DNA of 60,380 bases, counting the filler, from Bonamia ostreae (taxonomy: Eukaryota), in assembly GCA_040357525.1 (NCBI GenBank). It is 11 parts of 11 records of this genome, joined end to end, with 100 filler letters (N's around TTAATTAATTAA, not from the genome) between each part and the next. Parts side by side here need not be neighbours in the genome. Positions count along the whole stretch, not along the records: positions 11,091 to 16,520 come from JBDODL010000196.1; positions 16,621 to 22,047 come from JBDODL010000197.1; positions 22,148 to 27,555 come from JBDODL010000198.1; 8 more parts are not named here. The stretch is one strand, 5' to 3'. The notes beneath the pieces were generated by a model that was not told where the DNA came from, did not search any database, and was given only the letters and a program-made list of their open reading frames with translations. This document shows, piece by piece, positions 11,339 through 23,570 of the stretch. Every line of letters begins with the position of its first letter. Position 1 is the stretch's first letter. A program made the translations under genes and the position numbers.

Positions 11339-12531
11339 ATGGTTTTACTTGAACATCAACTTAGAACTTCTTAACCGCCATCACAAACAACTTCATTTCC
11401 TCCATCGATCCACGAACGCCCTTCTCCCGAACTCTTTCCGCGCACCAATCAATGCAAACTGGGAGAGCAGGACCGTCGATCGAAGAAGGAGATAAAAGTA
11501 TTTTTTTCTTTATTAGATTTGTTTTCACAAAACAAAAAGTCGTTTTGCCGTCGTCATCGCTTCGCGATTTGACTGCTCGCAATATTCAGTATCCGATGAC
11601 GTTTGAACTTCGAAGTGTTTTGCGTCCTGACCTCCGCATCTGCTGTGGCGTGATGGAGTTTACTGCTCCCGAAGGACGCTGTTTATTGCCGAAATGGGTT
11701 TTTGCCGTTTTGTAAAAGAACAACATCAAATCATCTCATTCAAAGCAGATTTATCGACATAAACAAATCCAAAATTTAAAGATTTTAGAAACTTTAGATT
11801 TGAAAAACGGCGAATCTGTTTCGATAAAAAATGTGCGGTTGCCAAAAGGAACTTTTGTTTCCTTCAAACCGATCGACAAATCCTTTTTGAAACTTTCTAA
11901 TCCGCTAATTGTGTTTTCATTCCTCAAAAACCAAATTTTCTGAAATTTTTTTCAGTTTAGAGAAGAAATTGCGTGGATACACTTGTTTAACAAAGAACAG
12001 TGTCATCGTGGTAACCCATTTGGACATTCCGTACAGACTTGAAATCAAGTCGCTGAGCCCGGCGGACGCAGTGAATATAATCGAAACAGATTTGTTCATG
12101 GAGTTCGTGCAAACAGGCTGTTCAGGTGCGAAGAGAAAACACGAAGAGATCGATCTCAGTAACAAAGACTTTAAAGAAAAACTGGTTTTCGCCAAAGATT
12201 CAAAGTTTTTTGCTAAAAATTTTCGAATATTTGCGAAAAGTGGATTTTATAAACAACAAAAACTGATTTTTATTTACGAAAATTCGAATATTTAAGATTT
12301 TCGTAAATTGGTTATTAAAATTTGCGAATATTAAAAATTACGAATCGCTAAAATAGGAACGAAAAACAGAAAAAGAATAAAATCTTAAAAGATAGTTCGA
12401 TTCGTTGGAGTGAAGTAGTTGGAGATTTCAGATATTTTTACCAAGAAGACGCCGTTACTAAACAGAAAAGACTTTTGAAAAGGGAAAAGGTCGAAAAGAA
12501 ATATTTTCAAGGACAAGGACACAAACTGTAA
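11339..12531 (+). CDS. UFD1: Ubiquitin fusion degradation protein UFD1
   Basis: EEGDK^IVLPSS, YPMTFEL, CGVMEFTAPEG, LPKGTFV, YTCLT, AVNIIETD and C-terminal SHP box YFQGQGHKL. The first intron follows the ATG directly. Confidence 0.9.
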
Positions 12532-12733
12532 ATTTTTAACATCCAAATTTTTATCCATTGTAAGCTTAAAATTTTTAGAGACAATTAACACTTCGCATAT
12601 AATTACCAAAACAAAATGGCTTTCGTCCCAATTCATAAGCAGACATAAAACAAAATAACTAAATTTTGCTAACCCTATTTTTAAAATTATAGCCAAAGCG
12701 CTATTATTCAAACTTTGCTAAAACGCTCCACAA

Positions 12734-13901
12734 ATGCAGCGAGACGAAGTTATCTGGAACGTCATAGGAACAAAGCACTGTTCTTTCCGCGCAAAGTTCT
12801 CGCCATTTTAAAATTTAGACAAAGGTCCCAAAACTTCTGCAGACACAAAAAGAACGCGACCGGAATCTGCGACAGACTTTCGTGTCCTTTGGCCAACAGC
12901 CGCTACGCCACTGTCCTCCATGGACGCGACGGAATAAGTCTTCACATCAAAGTAGTCGAAAGAGCGCACTCGCCGAATAAGCTTTGGGAGCGAGTCTTAT
13001 TGCCTGAGAACGACGCGGAGGCTCTAAAAAAGATCGAAAAAGAACTTTTGTATTGGCCGGAGAAATCGGTCGAGCGATGCAAAAAGCGATTCGTAAGAAC
13101 CAGACAATACATGAAGCGAATCGAAAAACTGAAGCGCAAGAATAGAGCGCTGGTCTTCGGAGTGAAAAAGAAGATCGAGCGCAGAGAAAAGCGTCGAGAG
13201 GAAAAGGCCCAGTTGGCGGCCAAAATCACCAAAAATATTAAAAAGGAATTAATAGAGCGACTTAATTCTGTTTATTTTTGCTTTTTTTTCGTAAATTTTT
13301 TTTTGTAATCAAAATTTACAATTTTTTTTGTAAATTACAATTTTTTCAATTTTTTTTCAAAATCGAAAATTTGTTTTTTTGAAAATTACAATTTTTTCAA
13401 TATTTCAAAAATCGAAAAATTACAATTTTTTCAATTTTTTTCAAAATCGAAAATTTGTTTTTGTAAATTACAATTTTTTCAATTTTTTTCAAAATCGAAA
13501 ATTTGTTTTTTTTAAATTAACAATTTTTTCATTTTTTTCAAAATCGAAAATTTGTTTATTTGTAAATTGTCATTTTATTTTCATTTTTTAAATTTTTTCA
13601 AAAATCGACAATTTGTTTTTTTTGTAAATTACAATTTTTTCCAATTCTTTTCCAATTTTTTTGAAAATTTGTTAAATCCGGCTAAAATTAAAGAATATCT
13701 ACGACGAAGAAATCGTAAACATACCGGCGAGAGAATACGATCGTGTTTTGGATGAAATGGCGTTGCCAGAAAATGAGTTTGTCGCAGATTTCGAGTCAGA
13801 AAACGACCTCGAAGACCGTTTTATATTTGCAAAGTTTAGTTGACGAAATGTTCGATGATATCGAAGCTGCGCAGAATGAACAATTATTACAGAAAAATTA
13901 A
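12734..13901 (+). CDS. MAK16: Ribosome biogenesis protein MAK16
   Basis: MQRDEVIW...HCSF, NFCR..NATGICDRLSCPLANSRYATV, ERAHSPNKLWE, RREKRREEKA. Three introns. Confidence 0.95.
13270..13693. repeat. Minisatellite-expanded MAK16 intron
   Basis: Degenerate ~40-50 bp units ttgtaaattacaattttttcaatttttttcaaaatcgaaaatttgtttt. Confidence 0.8.
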
Positions 13902-13976
13902 ATTTGCCATTTTTAGCTTTTTTTGACATTTTAAAATTTTGCCAAAATTTAAAATTTAGCAAAATATTGAATCGGA

Positions 13977-15443
13977 TCATTCTTTTTCTCTTTTAGAATA
14001 ATATCCTCCCAGCAGATTATCGTTTATCGTCAATCCCGGCATTGCGCCCGCGAGTCCTTCACTGACTTTTCTGATCACTTCGGGGTCCTTGTAGTCTTTA
14101 ACTGCCGCGACGATCGCCCCCTTTAAAACAATTCAGGTTTAGAAACCGCAGTGTCTTTAGGACTTTCGCTCTTGAAAATTCCGGATCCGACGAAAACGCC
14201 GTCGACTCCGAGTTGCATTAGCAGCGCCGCGTCTGCCGGCGTTGCGATGCCGCCGGCGGCGAACGTGACAACTGGCAATCTCCCCAGATCACGAGTCTTT
14301 TGGACAAGAGCTGTTGACACTCTGATTTCTTTCGCGTATTTTTCCATTTCTTTTGCAAATTTTTTGAAATTTAATTGTGTTTTGGCAAAATATTTGCGTT
14401 TCGACATTTTTTGAAATTTTATTGTGTTTTGGCCAAATTTAATTGTGTTTTGGCAAAATTTTTGCGTTTCGACATTTTTTGAAATTTTATTGTGTTTTGG
14501 CCAAATTTNNNNNNNNNNNNNNNNNNNNNNNNNNNNNNNNNNNNNNNNNNNNNNNNNNNNNNNNNNNNNNNNNNNNNNNNNNNNNNNNNNNNNNNNNNNN
14601 NNNNNNNNAAATTTTTGCGTTTCGACATTTTTTGAAATTTTATTGTGTTTTGGCCAAATTTTTAATGTTTTGGCAAAATTTTTGCATTTCGACATTTTTT
14701 GAAATTTTATTGTGTTTTGGCAAAATATTTACGTTTCGACATTTTTGAAATTTTTTGGCCAAATTTTTTATGTTTTGGCAAATTTTTCTAATTTCAAAGA
14801 TTTCCTTTTAAACTAAATGAAAAAATAATTATCCCCAAAATCAGAAAAACCGTTAGAGCTCATCGTCTTAAGTTTCTTTATTTGCTCGAAAACCGCTTTT
14901 GTGTGACGGACAGCTTCAACGACATTTCCGGTGCCGGCCTCGCCCTAAGAGATAAAGTCCAAACCTTTGTTCTTATCATTGCGGCGCCTTCTTCTATTCT
15001 TCGAAGCGCTTCCCCCAAATTTCTGCAGCCGCAAACGAAGGGCTTCTTGAAGCTCTTTTTCTCGATATGGGCTTCTTCATCGGCGATCGTGAGCACCTCA
15101 CTTTCGTCTATAAAATAGACTCGCATGGTCTGCAATATTTGCGCTTCGACAAAGTGGCCGATGCGGCACTTGGCCATCACCGGAATTTGAACTGCTTCGA
15201 TGATTTCCTGAATCAGCTTCGGATTGGTCATTCTGGCGACGCCGCCGTCTTTTCTAATGTCTAATCGTTTCAACGGAATAAACCGGATGGAACTCGCTCA
15301 AGGGCCATTACAGAGCATGCGCCCGCGTCTTCGGCAATTTTGGCTTGTTCAGCGTTAACGACGTCCATAATGACCCCGCCCACCAACATTTTGGCCATTC
15401 CGTCTTTGAGGTCAATTTCGTTTTGTTCTGTTTTCGAAGACAT
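13977..15443 (-). CDS. PDX1: Pyridoxal 5'-phosphate synthase subunit PDX1/SNZ
   Basis: [50 protein letters not shown]^[36 protein letters not shown]. Four introns (23, 20, ~500 and 26 nt). Confidence 0.96.
14350..14850. repeat. Minisatellite-expanded PDX1 intron (contains an N gap)
   Basis: Repeated ttttggcaaaatttttgcgtttcgacattttttgaaattttattgtg units. Confidence 0.85.
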
Positions 15444-15499
15444 TTTTACAGAATTTTAGGTTAAAGTTTATGATTATTATATGAATTTCAATGAAGACA

Positions 15500-16330
15500 A
15501 TTTTACGTTTTCTAGTCGATGTTTGGATAAGATCTAAATCCTTTTGAGACTTTTGTTGTATTGTATGTGCAAAAGTCTAAATGCCAAAAGGGTAGAAATA
15601 TTATATTGCAAAGATTAATAAAAGTAGTCTTGTTATGGCGCCTCAAAGCAAAAAGTCTGCGCTGTTCTTTTTTTCTGGCTGTCTAGTTTTTTAGTTTTCA
15701 AGCAAGTTTTCGCTCGCTCTTTGGACGATATATTATTCTTACATCGATTCGATAGAAAACGATTATTTGGATTTGCAGTCCAAATATCTGTATCCCTGTT
15801 TTCTATGTGTTTTGGGAGTCATTTTGTTTTTCAAAAATTTGATTTTTTGTACTAAAATTTGATTTTGTAAAATATAAATTTTTTGTCAGTTTAAATTTTG
15901 GATACAAAACATATTGACATTTGCAAACTTAAATGCAAAAAATTTCAATTATCCAATTCGTGGAATTAAAATTTCAATATTGAATAAAGAGAGCCTTAAT
16001 TTACCTTCAAAAAGCTTAAAAATCAACACTTAAAAAGCAATTTTTTGTTTCAATCAAAAGACTAAAGATTTACAAATTTAAATATTTCAAATTTTTGTAA
16101 ATACGCAAATTATAAATCAAATGACAAACATGTTAATTTAAAAAATGTTAATTTAATCTGTTTAAAAAAATTGAACAATAAAAATTCTCTGTAGCTGTTT
16201 AAGCCTCAATTATTTTTTGTTTAAAATGAGTTTAAGTAAAGAGGACAGTTGTTCTTTGCGCAAAGACAAAGAGACAATTGAACATTTTTATTTAAATGTA
16301 AAAAATTTATGAGAATAAGTTAAAAAGAAA
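15500..16330 (+). pseudogene. Decayed non-LTR retrotransposon ORF2 C-terminal remnant
   Basis: Frameshifted motifs WIRSK..DFCCIV (cf. IRSKLDY.C.V) and CSL(C)KDKETIEHF(LFKC), a CCHC zf-RVT-like knuckle at ~16249-16305. Many stops. Confidence 0.45.
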
Positions 16331-16620
16331 GTTATCAACAATAAAAAAATTACAATTTAAATGTTAATTAATATAAAACCTTTCCCTGTGATCACTTTTT
16401 TGAAAGGCTTCAAAAATAAGATTTTTCTATTAATTGATCTATTAAAAAATTTTGATTTTGTACTAAAAAATTATTCTTCGACAGAAAAATTATTTTTTAA
16501 ACATTTCAATCTCCGAAAAANNNNNNNNNNNNNNNNNNNNNNNNNNNNNNNNNNNNNNNNNNNNTTAATTAATTAANNNNNNNNNNNNNNNNNNNNNNNN
16601 NNNNNNNNNNNNNNNNNNNN

Positions 16621-17221
16621 TAAAAACAAAACTTTGTTATCTTTAGATTTGACATCCTTTTTGTCACTTTTGCTTTCAAAATTTTCCTGCGATTTCACTT
16701 CTCGTTTTTTGTTACTTAAATTTATATTTTTAATTTCATCTCTCAAATTTTTATCGTTTCGACCAATTTTTCTGTTCTTCGGCAGATTTGATTTTCTCTT
16801 AATTATTTTTGTCCTTAATTCTTCAAAAGTTGCCATAAAATCGATTTTTGGGTTATTGGTCAACGATTCTTAAAATTTTAATATTGTTTGAACCAGAAAA
16901 TTTTTCCAAAAACGGCGAAAACTCTTCTCCGAATTTTAACAAAAATTCGTCAGAAATCGATTTTTTGACCGTGTTTACAAAGTCAACGATAAAATAAACG
17001 CCTTTTTCGTTGTCTTTCAGCCATTTCAGCACATAAATCCCGTGACTGTAACCAGTTTCCTATTTGGTCACAAATATTTTAATTACTTTTAACGAGTTCT
17101 CTTTTTCGCAGAGAACAACGTTTTTTATAAAATCATTCACAATTAAAATATCGCAAATAGCTACGCTTGTCGTCCACAACAAAGCGCCGCCATTACTAAA
17201 CACTGCAGCGTAATTTATCAT
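16621..17221 (-). CDS. SRPRA: SRP receptor alpha, N-terminal SRX/longin domain (3'-partial)
   Basis: MINYAAVFSNGGALLW...VNDFIKNVVLCEK...YVLKWLKDNEKGVYFIV. Introns of 27 and 25 nt. Confidence 0.75.
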
Positions 17222-17309
17222 CGTTAGAAAAACCCTATATAAAAAAAAGATTAAGCTTCTGAAATTGTTGTGCGCTTTGTTTATATAGACAAATACTGAA
17301 AACTAAAAA

Positions 17310-17877
17310 ATGCACGAATCCTCGAACATTGTAGAAAAACAGGGCTGGAGACATCCCAGCAAAATCCCCGCGGGCGGAAATGGCAATTCGCCGAATGGCC
17401 AAAATTGGGTCAATCCAACTGACGAGCAACTTATGAGGGCGTGCCGCAGAAAAGGAAAAAAACTCGACCATTCCGATAAATCGATGGTTGCAGCTATCCA
17501 CGGAGAGGTCCTAGAGAAAACCTGGCGCGCCATTATGGAATATGAAAATCTGCACATCGGCTGCATTCAACCGACGCTTTCCAGATTTGAAGGCAAATCT
17601 GAAGTACTTTCCCCAAAAGCAAAATTGTTAGTTTCGTTGGGGTAAATTTGCGTTAATCAAATTTTCAAAAAACAGTTATTCGAAACCGTTTGATCGACAT
17701 GATTGGGTGGTCGATCGATGTGGCAAAGAAGTGAGGTACATAATCGATTATTACGGCGGAGACTTCAATCCGTCTTCGCCTTTTAATGGAAAACTAATAG
17801 TCGATTGCAGGCCGGCTTTGACGCTGGGCGGTGTGTTTGACAGATTACATTTGAATTTCAAGAAAGCGTTCTTGTAA
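17310..17877 (+). CDS. HCCS: Holocytochrome c synthase (heme lyase)
   Basis: [57 protein letters not shown]. One 34-nt intron. Confidence 0.95.
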
Positions 17878-17957
17878 ATATTTTTGTCTTTTTTTTTGTG
17901 AGCAAATTTGAGTTTTAAGATTTTAATGAATTGTTGTTCTTGAGAAACAAGGTTTGC

Positions 17958-18205
17958 CAATTTTTAGTTAAAATTCAAATGGCGAATCTTTATAGATAAA
18001 AATGGTAGAAATTTCAAAGCGTCGCCCGTTTTTAAAGAGACGGGATTAAAAAGTGGAGAGATTTGATTAAAAAACGGTCAATTTTTAGTTAAAATTCAAA
18101 TGGCGAATCTTTAGCTAAAAATGACAGAAATTTCAAAGCGTCGCCCGTTTTTAAAGAGACGGGATTAAAAAGTGGAGAGATTTGATTAAAAACGGTCAAT
18201 TTTTA
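17958..18205. repeat. ~120-bp tandem duplication
   Basis: Two near-identical copies of caatttttagttaaaattcaaatggcgaatc...gtggagagatttgattaaaaacggt. Confidence 0.85.
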
Positions 18206-18550
18206 TTGGCAAATTAAAAAAAGGACGAAGTTTTGACCAAACGTTCGTTGCTTCAATGTTGATATTCATTAAATGACTTATTTTTCACTCTTTGTGAAAA
18301 TTGTTTTAGAAAGCGTAAATATTAACGATTTTTTAGTTTGCAACATTAGAAAGAATAATAAATTTTATCTCTTATTAAAAATTTGATATCATGAGAAAAC
18401 TTGAATATATACATTGATGACATCTGTTATAACAAAATAAAAAAATTTTATGCATTCCATTGGCCAATTTTCTACATTTTATTGAAACATGTGATTTATT
18501 TTTGAGAGTATATTCAAATTTATTTACACAAAAGTTGATGAACAATAAAA

Positions 18551-19102
18551 TTATTTATTTTTGTTTTGTCTTTTAAGTTTTCTTTGCACTTTTAATTCTT
18601 TTTTTCGCGTTTTCTTTTCGTCTTTGGATTCATTTTTGCTTCTTTTTGCGCCCAAGTTCTTTTTCTGTTTGTCTTTATCGTCTTCAATGTCATCTACGCG
18701 ATTTATTTGGGGTTTAAATTCTAGAAATGACGATTTTTTGAATTCAGGCTCCAAAATGTCGCCGTCTTTTGTGAATTCGCAACCAAATGTGTCGTTTTTA
18801 TTTTCTTTATTGGAACTGTCTTCGTGATCCATTTGATAATATTCATTTGTTTCAAATTCACTTTTGTTGTTGTTTTGGTTCGACAATTTTATAATTTCAG
18901 TTTTTGCTTGTTGTTCTGTTTCTTTGTTTTTAAGTCGCAATTTTTTTAGCTCTTCTTCAAAAAACATTAATTGTTCTTTTTGTTCTATTTTTGTTTGTTC
19001 GGTTTGTTTTGTTTCGGATTTTTGTTTTGTTTGAAAATTATATTCGTTTTCTAGCAATTTTTGGAGTTCGTTTTCGATATTACTTTCCTGATTATTCGCC
19101 AT
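18551..19102 (-). CDS. Hypothetical low-complexity coiled-coil protein
   Basis: 183-aa ATG-to-TAA ORF rich in E/K/N/Q, basic C-terminus. Confidence 0.6.
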   Translation of the reverse strand: MANNQESNIENELQKLLENEYNFQTKQKSETKQTEQTKIEQKEQLMFFEEELKKLRLKNKETEQQAKTEIIKLSNQNNNKSEFETNEYYQMDHEDSSNKENKNDTFGCEFTKDGDILEPEFKKSSFLEFKPQINRVDDIEDDKDKQKKNLGAKRSKNESKDEKKTRKKELKVQRKLKRQNKNK

Positions 19103-20468
19103 TTTATTGAAGTTTGTTATAATGTTATTTTTTAATTCATTATTCCAAAAAGGTTGAATTAAATAAAAATTATAATGGCAACGAAATATCGATTTTTTTT
19201 TAATTTGGTCCAGTTTCTGTTTTTAAATTAATCTGTAATTGTCTTTAATTGTTGTAATTTAACATTACAGCTAAATGGCGAAAATTTTAATTTGAAGTTT
19301 TAATGCAATAATAAATATCTGTAATAATAACATTGCACTAGAATCGGAGGTCAATTAAAATTTTTAATTGTGATTTTATCTTTGTTGACTTATTTGTAAT
19401 TGTGATTTTAGTTTGGAAGATTTATCCAGTATCTTCATGTCGATGATAACAATTATCGACGATTTATGTCCAATGAAAGTAGAATTGAACGAATTGAGGA
19501 TTTTTGGTTCTTGAGGATTTTTTTGTAAACTAAAGAGCGCAACTCTGCTTTTCAGATTTTAAAGTTATCACGCGTACGGTTGAAACGAACTTGGCTATTC
19601 TGAAACCAGCCTTGATGATCTTGTAAACCTTACAAGCCATAAAGATGCCTTTAAGTCTGTTTTGGAAGAAAATTGGATTTTTTTGCGATGGAAGAATCTA
19701 CTTGGCCGCATTATTTAAGAAATGTCAACAATGGAAATAATATCAAATGCAAAGAAACATTGGAAATTGGCCAAAGAGGAATATGAAGGAATTGGTACTG
19801 AAGAAAATCTCTCGTTATGATATTAAAATTAATCTTTTTAGTCAAGTTTTTGCAAGAAAAGATTTTTTGTACAAAATAAAAGAACAATTTTTTCTCACAC
19901 ACAAAAACATGAATACTGGTGCACCATCAATCATCCTTTTTCACAACAATCCCATATTTACCAACAACACATTAAAGTTATAGTCCTTTGAATCTGAAAG
20001 TTTGAAGCACTTGCCCTTTGTTTTTAAGTTCAACGCATCAAAATGGATAGTGAATTTTGCAAATGTTGCATAAACCCTTTTGCCGCCATTGTTATTTTTC
20101 GAAAACGTGCATTGTGATAACGACTTCTGTCGTAGTCACCCTCCCTCCCACCCATGCTCGTTTCAGTTGGGCCTAAAAGCTAGCTCTTCGCCAAAGAAAT
20201 TATATTTTTGGGCACTCTGAGAATTTTGGATATAATTCGCTTGAAAAGACATTTTCTCTCTTCCGGTTGTTTCACAGGTTGTTCACTCTCGGCAACCGTT
20301 TTCTTCTTTTTGCTGTCACTATCGCATGAACTCAACTCACTAGGCAACGACTTGATTTCCACTCCTCTAGCTTTAAGTAACTTCATTTGATTATTTTAGT
20401 ACAAATTAGGTACCAGGTTTTTTTACAAAAGATTTTGTTGAATATCAACAAATAATCACTGTTAAATT

Positions 20469-22047
20469 TTATGTAACCTTTCTTCTTTTTAAAAGCTTTT
20501 TACGCTTTATTTCTTTCAGTCTCATTTTCTTCTTTTGCTTTTCCTCCTTAGATTTTTTAGCCGCCTCGGCTATAACCTTTATTCTGTGAAGCTCCCATTT
20601 TTCGGCTTCAGCTATTTTCTGGCATGTTTTACAAATAATATCGTCTTTGCATTCGCAATTTTCATCCGATTTTTTACCATTCTGTTCTTCAATAGATTTT
20701 GGTCGTTTTTGTTTACTCTTAACGTTTCTGTTGGTTGAAGTACTCTCAGTTTTTAGACCACTTTTTTCGTTTGAAGTTTCTACTGCTTTTGAGGCACTTT
20801 CACTATTTCTTTGTTCATTTTGGATGATTTTTTCTTTCGCATGTAAAACTTTATCATTCTCATCTTTAAGTCGAAAAGTCACTTTCTCTATTTGAATTTC
20901 CATTGTTTTATCAGACAATTTAGAATGGTCAATATTTTTTGCTTTAAGATAAGGCCTGATGTCTACATAGATCGGAAGAATGTCGTAGTTGATGTAACAG
21001 ACATTATTTTTGAGCATTCTCTCTCTGTAAGCCAATTCTTTTTTGTAGTTGTTGGATTTGTTGATTTTAATTCTATTTGCAATTATTTTTTTGATACGCA
21101 AATCCATCTCTTCCTTCCTAAAAATATTGCGTTGAAACTTTTTTGCGATATTTTTATCAGGCTCTTTTGTTTCTTCTAGCAATTTCTGATAAGGATTTAT
21201 GTAAATTTCTTCTCTTTTTTTAAAATATTTTCGTTAGAATTAACTTAACTATTAAACTTTGACTCTTAAACAAAAATTTAAATATTCATATACAAAAGCC
21301 TCGTTAACACAATTTCCTTTTTTGTGCCCTTCAAGGACCTGAGGACTTCCCAGCGATAACGGTACTTTCCTTCTGTATAAAACGGTTCTTGCTTCGTAAT
21401 GAATTCAAAATATCTTTTCTTTGTTTTACTGGAAACGCGAATTCCTTTAAACCTCCCAAATACTTGCCTCAAATGAAGTTTCATCAAATAGTTATGCGGT
21501 ATTTCTAACTGTCTGGCTTCCATCGCATAATTTTTGTGGCATTCAATACACATGTCACCATTTATTTCATAAAATACAAATTTTTTCCCGTATAATTCTA
21601 GTGCAACCTTTTTTCTAGGGCGCTTTTCTTTCAAAGCGTTTTCTCTCAGGATTAAAATTTTTATAATTTCTTGCTTAACGATATTGCACATCGATTCTTT
21701 GCTTACAGTAATTTTACGTTTTTTGTTTTTTCTATCCGTTTCTTTATCTTTCTTTAATCCGTTACTATCTTCATTTTTAACGGTGACGTTTTTCGTCTTT
21801 TCGAATTTTTTGTTAACGTTGGTCGTTGTTATTATGTTTTTTGTTACAGAGGGATTGTTTGGATTAGTTTGCTCTTCTATTTTCTTGTTCATCGGTTTGT
21901 CGATATGTTCTTTTTCGCTTTTATTTTTTTCTGCTGATTGCGGTTGCTCCAACTTTTTGGTTTTCTTGTTCTTAATGACGGTTACACGATTTGTCTTCTT
22001 CACTAATGGTGATTGTTCTAAATTTTGTTCTATGTAATTTGCGTTTT
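20469..22047 (-). CDS. Lysine-rich hypothetical protein(s), 5'-partial
   Basis: Long ORFs 21278-22047 and 20469-21182 on the same strand; one spliced gene or two. Confidence 0.5.
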
Positions 22048-22147
22048 NNNNNNNNNNNNNNNNNNNNNNNNNNNNNNNNNNNNNNNNNNNNTTAATTAAT
22101 TAANNNNNNNNNNNNNNNNNNNNNNNNNNNNNNNNNNNNNNNNNNNN

Positions 22148-22188
22148 CGAATGCGCCCACTTGGTCCGAACCGCTGAGCCATCGCCCC
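22148..22188 (-). mobile_element. SINE-like element copy (cut by contig end)
   Basis: GGGGCGATGGCTCAGCGGTTCGGACCAAGTGGGCGCATTCG matches 9463-9503 with 4 differences. Confidence 0.8.
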
Positions 22189-22214
22189 TTTTACATTTTT
22201 ATTTGACATTAATT

Positions 22215-22723
22215 TTATTTGACAAATGATTTTTGTTTGACAACATTATTTTTATTTAACACTGCATTTTTTCTGCTTTGCACAAATATATCTCCCGCTT
22301 GAAATATAGCAATCCGGCCATGAACGCGAGCAGGATTGCGTAAATCCAAATCACAATACTTGTGAATAAGAGGTTTAGCCCGTAAGACAAAACCGTTGTC
22401 GAAAGACAAAGGGAATATCCGATTATCTTTTTTTACGTTTGATTTCTAACAAAACAACATAAAGAACTTTCGCGATGTTTTTCTGGTTAGTCAGAAATCT
22501 GTCTCCGAACAAAAACATGAGCGTGCAGGTTATATGCAACAAAATGCTCAAGACCAGGAATATCTTCGCGGGGTAAAAACTCGTTGCCGAAATTATTAAG
22601 ACGGCGATACCGAATAACTTGATTTGATTTATAAACATCGCAAAGAAGAACGATCGACGAAACCAAAATCGATTGTGACAGTTTAGTTAATGTTTTTTTA
22701 AAGAATGTTTGAAACGAAACCAT
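22215..22723 (-). CDS. Small membrane protein, paralog A (C-terminally truncated; possibly a pseudogene)
   Basis: Hydrophobic N-terminal half, introns of 19 and 22 nt, shares a 277-bp near-identical block with paralog B. Confidence 0.55.
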
Positions 22724-23570
22724 TTTAAGCAAAATTGGATTTTTTTTATTTTTTGATATTGCGTTTCTGTGTTTTGATTTTTGGGAATCTGTTTACACGG
22801 CGTTAATATTACATTAAATGAATTAAGTAAAAATGGCATTAATTCGTTAATCTTAAAAACCTAATATGTACAAGAAATTTTTCAGAATGAAGATTTTTAT
22901 ATTTAAAAACACATTTTGATGTTTTTACAAAAATTATCTTTTGATTTTTAGAATTTGAGCCGGTAAAATTATGTTTACAAGCTTAAATTGAAAAATTTGA
23001 ATTTCTGAGAAACTAAACTCTTCTGGTCTGCCATCAGTGTTGACCATTTGTCAGAACAATTTTTCGCGTTTTTTTATTTCTTTGTGTTATAATTTTATTT
23101 TTTTCGTCATTTGTTCTTATACAAAAAACTTTATGTTTTTGTATCAAAATTATTAATTCTATTTTTGTAATTTTTATTTTGTTATGTTTTTATTCGGCTC
23201 AAATTACCGGTCCCCAACCATCAATTCAAGCCGTTTTTTTATTTTTTTTAATTGATTTTATATATTTATTTTTATTCTTATTGTGTTTTTGTTATTTAAT
23301 TTTTTAAGAAAAATATTTTTTTGTTCACCGAATTTTTAAAATCGGCAAATTCCTTTTTTAAAAATAATTTCTTATTATTATTATTATTTTAATGATTGTT
23401 GAAAGCATTTTTCTAGTTTTGGCTTCAGAACTTTTTAAAATAGATTTTTTTAACATAAAATTTTCCGTTTAAACCATTTTTTAAATTTTTGGATGCTATT
23501 CGGTTAATTCATTAAAATTGGAAAACTGTATTCCAATATTGGTAATATAAAGTAAATACAAATTTTTGTT

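Noticed and set aside
12385-12711. 108-aa hydrophobic minus-strand ORF (similarly 48434-48858 and 58954-59373)
   Set aside because: These are antisense to A-rich coding or intergenic DNA (the UFD1 last exon, QCR9-like gene). The Phe/Leu richness is compositional.
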